From Lophium mytilinum (Eukaryota): 64,000 nt of DNA. Each line of letters begins with the position of its first letter. The first letter of the stretch is position 1. The stretch is taken from assembly GCA_010093605.1 (NCBI GenBank), contig MU004185.1, positions 579,334-643,333 on the forward strand, written 5' to 3'. This document shows, one piece after another, positions 1-10,225 of this stretch. The position numbers were made by a program, and so were the translations under genes. The notes under the pieces were generated by a model. That model saw nothing but the letters and a program-made list of their open reading frames with translations, searched no databases and was not told the DNA's origin.

Positions 1-1973
1 TGCTTAACCAAAATCTCGGCCGTCTGGTTGGTTGGGAATATACCAAGTCGGGCTTTTAGGGCGTGTAAAGCAACCAAAGCCCCCGCGAGATCCTTGGTGT
101 AGCTGAAACAATGCTGGATCAGGCCGCTTATTTCGCGATTTGGTCCCGTAAGACCTCGTAAGTAGTTCTCGGTTTGATGCCATCCTACGAGCCCTGTCCA
201 CCACTCGATCATCATAGCCATTAGCTGTCGAGGTTGTGGAAGCGATTCGAAAGCCCAGGTATGGTGATCGTCGAGAGCAAATCTCAGCGTCTTCCATAAG
301 ACTCGATAGGTTCCACCGTTGGGAACAACACGCGGGAACCCAAGCGGAGGATGCGTCATAGAGTCGAATCTATCCCAGACTTCCTGATACTTAGATCGCC
401 GCAGGTCAACCATCATCAAAGAATTCAAAAGGGGAGCAACTGGAGGTTGTTCAAGTCGGACGAGAGCTGTCTGTAGATATTCAATATGGTTCCATTCCCA
501 GTTCCTGGTATGATGCCGAATGAGATGTGCAAAGGTCATCATGTCTGCCATCGGGATAGGCCTGGCCAGGAAGAATGGTACGAGCGGTCCGTCGAGATCC
601 TCAAGTTGCTTAGCAATTGGTTTGTGTTGCATTCTGTAGGCTTGTTGAAACTCTGGATATTGTAAAGAGGACGTTTTGAGGGCTTCTTCAACCATTTTCC
701 ATCCCATTAATGCTGCCTTCTCACTATTTGTCACTGTTCCTGAGCGTAACAATGCGCCAATGACCAGGTTAAAGTGCAAGGTTCCAGGGTTAAGACCGCG
801 CTCAAACATCAACTCGAGTATCTGAACAGCTGATTCCGGTGAATTCTTGGCAACAGTCAGCATCATCCACCGTCGAAATATGTGATTGTGATATGCTCGC
901 GGCAGGACTGATATCGCGGAAAGAGCGACCATGCTAGCTTCTTCGAGACTCTTGCTGAGATTCAACATCGCATTTGACCGCTTCAACGTTCGCTGGACAT
1001 GCGAACGTATGAACGACCCTGCCAAGCAGCCAAATGAGACCATGTCTTTGAAGACGGCGACAGCGAGGTCAACACGGCCGCCTTCCAGAAAACCAACAAA
1101 GCATGTGTCGTAATCTTCAAATGTCATTGCTGGCCCCAGTCGGTCCTTCAATCGAACGTACAGAGACCAAGTGTAATCCGGGCCATGTTGACTTCGTGTG
1201 TGTGCACGGATGACTCCTATCATGAGTCGTGGGTCTGATCCTGGGTATGCCTGATATAGCTCTTCCATGACCTCGCGGGCGCGTTGCGCGTTATCTGTAA
1301 TCGCATACATCCGGACGCCTAGATCCAGAAATTCTGGCTTGTAGCCATGAACAGATTTTGCAGTCCAATCATTGTATTCCTCTTCCCATCTTTGTATTGC
1401 AGCCTCGTGCTTTCCAGTAATGAATGTCGCCTCGAGTTCGGCGATGTTCTGAGCAACCGTCGGAGGTCTGCCGATTGACTTCATATCTTGCACTAGTTGT
1501 TTCTGATGCTCTATAGAGTTTAGGTTGGTCGGTAATATGGCGGATTGTGTTTCCCATAGCAGGTCCCAAGCTCGATCTGGTATACACTGCAGTAAGCTCG
1601 GATGGATCTGTTTCGCGAAGCTATATGCTTTCCACAGAGCGCGTCCGTTTTCAACATCGTCTAGGTTTTTGCTTGCAGCCAACAGAGACCTATTGAGCTT
1701 TTTGAGCCACGGATTGGTATTCAGCTTCCCCTGCATCCGAATCTTGACTTGCTCTTCTCGACGGCTTCGCGCCCGATTTGCCTGTCTTGCACTGATCTTA
1801 TCATCGGCCTGGACATGTTTGACAGCGGACGCTGCCCGGGCGGCTGGAACGAATTTCTCCCATTGTATAGAGCCCCACAAGGGTAGCCGGGGAGTATCGA
1901 GAGCGCTCTTCGGTAGAACGTAGGAAGGGAGGGAGGCTAGACGAATTGGTTGGCGGGGTACAGCCCGGAGCAT
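1..1973 (-). CDS. Pentatricopeptide-repeat-like (probably mitochondrial) protein, 3' end outside the window
   Basis: ATG at 1973-1971 (MLRAVPRQPIRLASLPSYVLPK..., Arg-rich, presequence-like). The same frame is open where I translated it, including at the window edge (...LIQHCFSYTKDLAGALVALHALKARLGIFPTNQTAEILVK), and it is absent from the ORF track, consistent with no stop inside the window. Helical PPR-like segments such as AVQILELMFERGLNPGTLHFNLVIGALLRSG. Family assignment is by motif resemblance. Confidence 0.65.
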   Translation of the reverse strand, partial: MLRAVPRQPIRLASLPSYVLPKSALDTPRLPLWGSIQWEKFVPAARAASAVKHVQADDKISARQANRARSRREEQVKIRMQGKLNTNPWLKKLNRSLLAASKNLDDVENGRALWKAYSFAKQIHPSLLQCIPDRAWDLLWETQSAILPTNLNSIEHQKQLVQDMKSIGRPPTVAQNIAELEATFITGKHEAAIQRWEEEYNDWTAKSVHGYKPEFLDLGVRMYAITDNAQRAREVMEELYQAYPGSDPRLMIGVIRAHTRSQHGPDYTWSLYVRLKDRLGPAMTFEDYDTCFVGFLEGGRVDLAVAVFKDMVSFGCLAGSFIRSHVQRTLKRSNAMLNLSKSLEEASMVALSAISVLPRAYHNHIFRRWMMLTVAKNSPESAVQILELMFERGLNPGTLHFNLVIGALLRSGTVTNSEKAALMGWKMVEEALKTSSLQYPEFQQAYRMQHKPIAKQLEDLDGPLVPFFLARPIPMADMMTFAHLIRHHTRNWEWNHIEYLQTALVRLEQPPVAPLLNSLMMVDLRRSKYQEVWDRFDSMTHPPLGFPRVVPNGGTYRVLWKTLRFALDDHHTWAFESLPQPRQLMAMMIEWWTGLVGWHQTENYLRGLTGPNREISGLIQHCFSYTKDLAGALVALHALKARLGIFPTNQTAEILVK

Positions 1974-2924
1974 TGAGAGCTGACGGTTGAGTTTCCAGAC
2001 TCAGGAGGGACTTGAACGACGCAGCGATGGCGCGATATGCTGAGTGTGTTGGGCAGCCGCGGCCATCAGATAGTGACTAAAGACGTATAGAATGGGGGTC
2101 TATCGGCTCAGAGGAGAAGGGCACAAATGCGCGCTGTCAGTCTGAAGGGCGCGTTTTCGGCGAGCCTCAAAAATGTGAAAAGATCCCGAAGTAGCTCCAT
2201 ACCTAGGTAGGCTAGATTGGATATTTGCCAAGACAGGGGCCTTTACCTCCCCGCAAACTGCTCCGCATCTGACGACCTTCCCTTTCGTCTCTGGCCTCCG
2301 TCGGCCTGCATAATCGCTGCACCTTTATGACTGCCGACAATCACACATATCTGACTTCCATCCAGGCACCAGCGGCCAATATCAGCCGATGGGCTCCAGT
2401 ATCTCGACCCATGGCGAGAGCCTCTCAGCCTAGGCGTCGTCACGAACCTTGGAAGGATTAGAACTACAGAGCTATCGGATGATTGAGAGCCGCTCCTGGA
2501 ACACACCACCCTAGAAGTCGCTTTTGAGGATAGCAATGCGTCAATGATGATTTACTGAAAGGTTCATGCTCGGATGAGGACGCAATTCAGCAATCTACTA
2601 AACAAGTAATATTTATCTAGGAGTTGTACCAATTTTAGTCGTGCATCACCAACTCACCGATCTGACGCCCCACGACTGTCTCTTGCGGGACGCTCGGAAC
2701 ATATCTCGTATTTCTTTATCTTACGCTTGTCGATCATCCTACTTTTACTACATATCTTGACTAGGTATGTATGCAGGCTCTTCTCTAGGTTTGTCAGGCA
2801 TGCCTGTAATCGCTTTCTAGGGCTTACAATACCTGGGGGAAGTAAGCATGTGTAGTAGTATAAGAACTCTGGTAGAATTCTCGCCAGTCTTTCTTTAGTT
2901 TTAAACTTTTTATCGGTACTCATC

Positions 2925-5100
2925 ATGGCGCCTTCACCAAGGAGATTTCTAGCTTCAAGCTTGCTTCTATGTGCGCTAATGCAATTGGGTTCACCTATTT
3001 CTGTTCCTCAGCTTTCTATTGAATTCGAAGGTCCCTTTGAAGTGGAAGTCAACGGTATGCATAATGTGAAGATCAGCTACACCGCCCCAGTAGATGGCCA
3101 CCTTTCAATTCATTATGGCTCTTGTGATATGTCCCGGCCAGAGGAGTCGCATCATTCCCTAGGAAATACGCACATCGGGAACCATCCGCTAGCAAAACGC
3201 CACATTGGGTGGGAACACAGCCGTCCTACCAAGTTCGTGTGGTTGCCTCGAGACGACATCCCGGATCATGGGTGTCTTCATGCATTTATGGAAAGCAAGC
3301 TTGTGGGAAAGTCGAGACCAATAGTTGTAAAGAAGCGGAAAGAAAAGCGACATGTTGCCTTCGCGGATATCGCAGATGCAATGGGACCGTGGTTTGATGG
3401 CGTTGCTCATCTACAAGAGAAGGAACCCGATGAGGTGTTTGTTGCCTCTGCTAAGTCTAAAACGATTGGCATTCTCGGGGGTGGTATGTCTGGTCTGATG
3501 ACCTCTGTGAGTCTACCGTTCAGATGCCCAGATGCTTAGCTAATACCTGTGAAAAGCATCTGCTAGACTCGGTCGGTATTCACGATTGGAAAATACTAGA
3601 GGCCTCAAGTCGCATCGGCGGACGCGTTCACACCAGTTACCTTAATGCCACAAGGCCAGATCAATACCAGTATCAGGAGATGGGGCCTATGAGATTTCCT
3701 GTCAGTATGACGGATCCAGACACGAACGAGACCATACAGATCCTGGATCATCGCATGGTGTTCCAGCTTGCAGCAACCTTGAACCAGATCAACGGAAACG
3801 GTTCCGACTTGACGGTGAATTTCATTCCATGGATACAAAAGAGCCAAAACGCACCCGTATCGACATCTAAAAGGCGGCCAGATGGGACCATTCCCGGGGC
3901 TGCAGAGATTGCAGCGAACCCGTCTTTGGCAGACAACGTCACGGTTACATATTCAAATGCAACTGCTGTAGAGGAGGCCGAAGCTGCGTACGATGATTGG
4001 CTCGGGCTGGACGAAGACAAACTCCGCGCCATTGCCACGAATGTTTTCCAAGCGCACAAAGCGGCAGTCGAGGCAGGGAACTTCAACTATTCAGAATCTG
4101 CTTACCTTCGATATGCTCTCAAGACGGACCTGAACATTACTGATCAGGTCGACTCGACTTCAGATTATGCCCCGTCTTGGGAGTATGACGCAGTATATTT
4201 CGCTGCTACAGAGTGGAGGACAATTGATCAAGGCCTGAGTCGTCTTCCAACGGCATTCGGCCCGTCTGTTCTAAACCGGACAATCTTCCAGACGAAAGTT
4301 CAAGAAATGGAATGGAATGAGGAAACGGAGAAGATGACCGTCAAATGGCGTCCGGGAAATCCTTTTGATCTTGAAACAAAGTCAATGGACTTCGACTACA
4401 CGATTGTCGCCGTTCCTTTCTCCCAGGTTCGCTTGTGGCGGCTCCCATCTTACACATCGCTCCTCTCACGGGCTATCAATACACTCAACTACGAGCATAC
4501 TTGCAAGATCGCGCTCCATTATAAGACTCGCTTCTGGGAACACCTTGAACACCCAATAATTGGTGGATGTGGAGAAACAAACATCCCTGGCATCGGGAGT
4601 GTTTGCTATCCAAGCTATAAGATTAACTCCACGGGCCCAGGCGTTATCCTAGCCTCATATGAATCTGGGACCCCTGCGCGGACTCTAGGCAGCATGACCG
4701 AGACGGAGCATGTGGCCTTAACTCAAAGGGCCATGATTGAAACACACGGGTTGGTCGCTCAAGAGCAATTCACCGGAGCTTATGATCGTATGTGCTGGCA
4801 AAATAATGAGTTTCAGGCCGGCTCATGGTGGTAAGTGCGAAACAATCTTACGTTGATATCTGCCTAATGAAACATAGCGAGCCATTGCTAGGCCAGCAAG
4901 AGCTGTACTTGCCCGCTTACTTCCACACCGAGAAGCACACTGTTTTCATCGGCGAGCATACCAGCTTCACCCACGCTTGGATCTTTAGCGCCCTTGAAAG
5001 CGCTGTCAGAGGAACAAGCCAGTTGCTTCTAGATATGGGGCTTGTGGATGAGGCCAAGGAAATCACCCAGACGTGGATGGCGAGGTGGATAAGTATGTGA
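2925..5100 (+). CDS. Secreted flavin-containing amine oxidase / L-amino-acid oxidase-like protein (3 exons: 2925-3506, 3557-4830, 4878-5100)
   Basis: Hydrophobic N-terminal signal; FAD-binding GILGGGMSGL followed after the intron by ILEASSRIGGRVHT; EMGPMRFP; C-terminal FIGEHTSFTHAWIFSALESAVR. Introns 3507-3556 and 4831-4877 (GT...AG) join the three ORF-track pieces in frame. Confidence 0.9.
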
Positions 5101-5693
5101 ACAGAGTCTTACTCATAGAGGGCTCGTAGATGATGAGATTAGTCTCATTACTGGTTGTAGTGAACATGTTATATTGATGCACCTCCAGTGGTGAAAGGTT
5201 CATAGAGCCCACTGCGCACCTGTAGGTAGGGGACCTTAGAATGCCAAGGTTTATGTCACATGTCTATTATTGTGACCTTCATCCCACCTATCATCTGGCA
5301 TATTTTCGAGATATCAATTCAGGCCACCACAAGGAATCAATTATCTCACCCTCTCGTGGTCTCGATGGTTACCTCACTTCGAAGAGCGTCTTTCACAGCA
5401 CTAGACAGCATTTACCCCGTCGGGAATTCTAGGAACCATTCATGCGGCAAACATTCAGCAGATTCACTTCACTCAACGACACGTCGTCACGCCAACAAAA
5501 AGCGGGGCTAAGCTGGCGCATTAAACCTCGCTTCTACTCAACCACACTTGCACTTGCTCCCGACAAGTTAACTTCAAGATCTTCACGGAATACCGCCTGC
5601 AAGAGGAATATCGCCTCTTCTGCGGACAGGTACATCAACCAAGATCCTCATCTCGCGCTATTGCTAACATAGATTTAAAGTTTCTACAGAGCC

Positions 5694-7651
5694 ATGGAGG
5701 ACCCGCACCCCAAGACGTCCACGAAAGTACTACCTTCAAGCAAGGAGGACTTCCTCCGTGACGGCGTGACCAAGAAGAGCGAACTCAACGGGATCGATTC
5801 ATGCCCCATATGCTTCGAAGATTATCAGGCTCCTCAGGGCAAGCACCAGCGGCATGCTATCCAGATTCAGCAATGTGGTCATATCTTTGGCGCAGACGTA
5901 CGTAAGGTCATAATGCACATATCCGAGTTCTCTGTTGTCATTGTTCTTGGGACTGTGTTAAAATACGACATTAGTCGTGTTTGAACACCCACTTCAGTCG
6001 CGTTTGAGCACATATTGTAGTCGCTTCAAGCACCCATTCGAGCGCAAATGGTGCCTCATAAGCGATGCAACACTCAAGGACAACCAACACCAGAGGATCA
6101 GCATCTTTTCCTACCCACTTCGCCTTCTTCATAGAACCTCGCTAACGTGTGAATAACCACCTGAAGTGCCTCTCTAAATGGTTTGATCAGGGCAAGTCGA
6201 GCTGCCCCATGTGTCGTGCTACACTTTTCAAACACCCGCGCGGAGTGGTCGCTCCACCGGGATTTTGGGACCGGCCCCAGTCCTTGAGCGAGATTGATCG
6301 CTACATCGCTCTGGTTGCGAACGACGTGCGGATGCGACGTAGGGGCATGATCCCAGCGCAAAACTGGTCCTCAGATGCCCCACCTCGAGACCTTGCGGCA
6401 TTCCCTAATCTCCACCTGCATCTCCATCACTATAACCACGCGCACGATGCCCTGGCCGCTCAGTCCGAAGTCGATGTGCCACTCCCTCGACCCAGTGTTC
6501 GTTTTCCTAGCCAGGACGACGATCAGCAAGCGTCGACTGCCCGAGACGGCGAGTCGCGCGGTCCTGCTCATAGTCTCAGGTTCAGGATTCGCCAAGTCTT
6601 CGGTGGCAATGATGATATACGATCCAACGAACCTAGAGCGCTGCCCAGCCGTTGGGATGCCCACCCCGAGCAGCAACCCGGCTCCGTCGGAAACCCTATC
6701 AGCCTTGATGAGGATACAGCAAACCAAGGAACGGGCTCCCAGCGACACAACACAACTACTGACCACCGTGAAGGAGAAATTCGTCGTTTCTTCGAGGTCC
6801 CTATTCGCCGCCGTCCAGATGAGGGACCTGATCGTGGTCTCCCGCGTCAAGGACCGCACCCCCGCGATGTCATCGTCATTGGATCGCCTCCTCGTCCCTC
6901 CTCTGCAGCTGCATATCAAAATCAGCCTCTGCACATGACCCAGGCTGAGCGTCAAGCCATGATCGATGCTATCGCGCTTGACAGGCTTCATCGCTCTTTC
7001 CCCTCGGGGAGTGATACGACATACGAGGGCGAATCGAGTGATGATTCTTCTCCCGCGCAGCCAGCAGTTCCATTGGGTTCCAGAGATTATTCGCATTGGC
7101 GCGGTCACTCCAGTGGAAGTGGCCAGCCTCGTCACGAAGACCCGTCTACGTCAGGCGTTCTACCTCCTCCTGGCTGGCGCCGTCCTCCTGGCTGGATTAC
7201 ACCACCTCCTGGCTGGCGCGCTCCTCCTGGCTGGCGCCCGCGTACGACCGCGGTTACGTCTCTCCATCCGTCCCAAACTCTGCGTCCCGCGGCTGACCAG
7301 CCAGCTGCGAACCTCACTCCGGCCACTGAAGCACCCGCGGCGCCGATCCAGGCCCAACCTCTTCCGGCTAACGATCTACCTACCGCCCCTCGCGGCGGTG
7401 CTCCACGCATGATTGCGACTTCAAGCTCAGCCGTGGTAAACGAGGAGCCCGTTTCTCACCGTACCCGCAATCGCGTCCACAACGCCGCCGAAATCGGTGC
7501 CCCCGTAGCTCCTAAGGCTCCCACAGCTCGCAAACAGCCAAAGCGCGCTCGTAACTCTTCTCCACCGCCTGCGATGGCTATGCGCAGCACCCGTCGGACT
7601 GCTCAGCCCAAGAGCGAGGCTTCTAGGCCTGCAAAGCGTGCTCGGCATTAG
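5694..7651 (+). CDS. RING-finger protein (San1-type CGHxFGxxC RING) with long disordered C-terminus (exons 5694-5897, 6167-7651)
   Basis: Splicing 5898-6166 (GTACGT...GCTAAC...AAG) gives CPICFEDY...CGHIFGAD|CLSKWFDQGKSSCPMCR, a complete RING. The rest is P/S/R-rich low complexity ending in the basic NLS-like RPAKRARH. Confidence 0.8.
7163..7240 (+). repeat. Coding tandem repeat, four copies of CCTCCTGGCTGG (PPGW)
   Basis: Translates to PPPGWRRPPGWITPPPGWRAPPGWRP; unit spacing 18-21 nt. Confidence 0.9.
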
Positions 7652-8596
7652 TCAACTGCGCACGGATTTGAGCATACGTGACTGATTACTGGATCAGGTG
7701 AACAGGGGGCTAAGGGGTGAGTTGGCTGTGTTGTCTTATCTCAATGGCGAGAGGGATGTGGAGCTTCCGTATGAGGCTTGGGCATGGAGGGGGCTTCAGA
7801 TGAATGCATTGAGCCATGGAGGCTGCTAAGGATCCGAGTAGGATTATATAGTGGGTGGCTTCTTTTCTTTAGTTGTCTGCCTGCTACACTAAGGAATGAT
7901 ACCCTATGGATTCAATATGCGACTAGATCAGTGCATGGAATGTGCTGTGAGTGAGTGTAGCCTATGAGCCCAACAGTACTTTATGTCGTAGGTTTTAGAG
8001 CACATGTCTTGCTGCTTTCAAACTGTTGTGAATCATCACTGGAAAATTTCGAACGGCATGGAAATCCTTCACTTTTAGAAGCACTGTCAGACCGACAATA
8101 CCACATAGGAAGCCGCCTCACGCTCAAGAAAATGACTTCTGGTTTTAAATCTGGGGCAGCCATATAAGGGTTTGGTGTTATCAAAAGAAAACGTCCGAAT
8201 CTCCTTTAGATCGCCGAAAGCCCATGAAAGCACTTCAAGCGATTGCAAAGCAGCATAAGTGAACCGATGCCCTAGAACTGACCAATCAAGTGCCAGCTTC
8301 CCCAACCTCCGCGCCTTTCTCTCTACACCACACGCTTATCTTACCTCAACCCGCCTAGGTCGAATATCATGATTCGATTTGCTCAATAGCCTTCGAATCT
8401 CAATCCAGACACCCCACCATCAATCACGCAATAGGGATTCCACCACTCCATCGAGTCTTAGCCCTCTGCTGATCCACCTCATGTCTGACAAACCATCCCT
8501 ATCACGTGCACAACCTCATACCCACCACAACTATAAAACAAGCCCCTCAAGAACAGAACATCTCAAATCTACTAAGCATTCTCTCCCCGCCTGACC

Positions 8597-9830
8597 ATGT
8601 CCTCCCCCCCAGCTACACACCGCCGCGTCTACCGGCGCGACGCCTCCAAGCCCAACACCCTCACCCTAACCACCGAACCCCTCCCCGGCCTTGGAGATAC
8701 CACCACTACCACTACCCCCTCACTCCCTCCCCACGCCCTTCTCCTCCGCCTCCACGCCATCTCCCTCAACTACCGCGACATTAACATCCTGCGCGGCACG
8801 AACCCCTGGGACACCCTCGCGACCGGCATCCCATGCTCCGACGCCGCCGGCATCGTCATCGCCACCGGGTCGGCCGTCACGCGCTTCAGCGTCGGCGACC
8901 GTGTGGCCCCGATTTTGGACCAGAAGAGCGTGACCGGGAAGGAGCAGGAGCGGGAGTGGTTGGGTGGGGAGGTGGAGGGGGTGTTGGCGACGCATGTAGT
9001 TTTCGATGAGGAGAAGGTGGTCGGGATCCCTGGGGAGCTGACGTTTGCAGAGGCGAGTGTGTTGCCGTGTGCGGGTGTGACGGCTTGGAGTGCGTTGGCT
9101 GTTAATGGGGAGGTGGGGGCGGGGAAGGTGGTGCTGATTCAGGGTGAGTGAGTTTAGTTTGAGGTTTGAAAAGAGGTAAAGGAGAACACCTGAAAGAAGC
9201 TGATTTGGTTGGGTTTGACTAGGTACTGGCGGCGTTAGTCTTCTGGTGCTGAGGCTTGCGCTGGCTGCGGGATGCCGGGTTATCATCACGTCGAGCTCGG
9301 ATGCGAAGTTGGAGAAGGTGAGGCAGATTGCGGGGAAGTATGCGGATTTGGTGGAGACGATTAACTACAACACGACTCCGAAATGGGAGGATGAGGCTGT
9401 GCGGTTGAATGGTGTGAAGGGGGTTGATATCGTGATTGAGAATGGCGGGACAAGCTCGCTGCTGCAGAGTATAGCGGCGACGGCGAAAAGGGGTATCGTG
9501 AGCCAGGTTGGGTATTTGGGGAAGCAGGATACGAGAGATCTCGACGGACTGGTATCGGCGTTGATTGATAAGACTGTTACGCTTCGGTATGTGGTTCCAT
9601 CCGGCGATATTGAAAAGGGGCTTTTGCTGACTCCTTACGCCAATAGAGGAATCAATGTCGGCTCTCGTTTGGAGTTTGAGGCTTTGAATCAGATCGTAAG
9701 TGCGAGCCGGATGCGCTTTGAGGATCTTATTGATAAAAGGTTCACATTTGAGGAGGCCGAGGAAGCTTTCAGGTTCTTGAAAATGCAGAAGCATGTCGGA
9801 AAAGTGGTTATCGAGATCCCTTCTGAATAG
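8597..9830 (+). CDS. Medium-chain dehydrogenase/reductase (zinc-type alcohol dehydrogenase-like), 3 exons (8597-9143, 9223-9586, 9647-9830)
   Basis: AISLNYRD, IPCSDAAG, FSVGDRV, EASVLPCAGVTAWSAL, VLIQG|TGGVS (Rossmann motif across intron 9144-9222), GVDIVIENGG, C-terminal HVGKVVI. Confidence 0.9.
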
Positions 9831-9923
9831 CACTATATACTTGAGCATTCAACAGGGCTTTTAAATCTAGAAAATCATGCGCAGACGATAGTCCTCCTCT
9901 AAGAGCATCGTCTTGGAATTTAT

Positions 9924-10188
9924 CTGGGATTCTTGGTGTAAGAGATATAAGAAACAAAACCACATCATCTTCCGCTTGTAGGCTGGGTTTGAATTTATTT
10001 GCGAGTATTGGCGTAAGATACTCCTGGGAATGTTGACGTAAAGATAGAGAAGTAATCCAAACCATCATCTTGTAGGCTAGGTTAGAATTTATTTGCGAGT
10101 TTTTGTGTAAGAGGTACTTCTGGGATTCTTGACGTAAGAGATAGAGGAGTAATCAAAACCGCATCGTCTTCCTCTTGTAGGCTGGGTT
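9924..10188. repeat. Degenerate tandem repeat, ~2.7 copies of a 96-100 bp unit
   Basis: Units start at 9924, 10024 and 10120 with CTGGGA(T/A)T(C/G)TTG and share ...CATC(A/G)TCTT...TTGTAGGCT(G/A)GGTT; the first two continue GAATTTATTTGCGAGT. Confidence 0.85.
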
Positions 10189-10225
10189 CCTTGAGCAAGC
10201 TAGGTTGTTTCATCGCACTTACCCG

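Noticed and set aside
6371..7135. 254-aa antisense ORF (and similar antisense ORFs over STT3, VPS10, PRP16, the PWWP gene and the 401-aa gene)
   Set aside because: Shadow frames of real genes, expected from codon bias; no independent signals.
7964..8400. Minus-strand fragment LGKLALDWSVLGHRF...AFGDLKEI as a gene remnant
   Set aside because: Too short and no family could be assigned with confidence.
8597..9500. Sharp C-rich to G-rich switch inside the dehydrogenase CDS
   Set aside because: The frame and conserved motifs are continuous and a similar skew occurs in other genes here (e.g. SPC2), so it is not evidence of a chimera.
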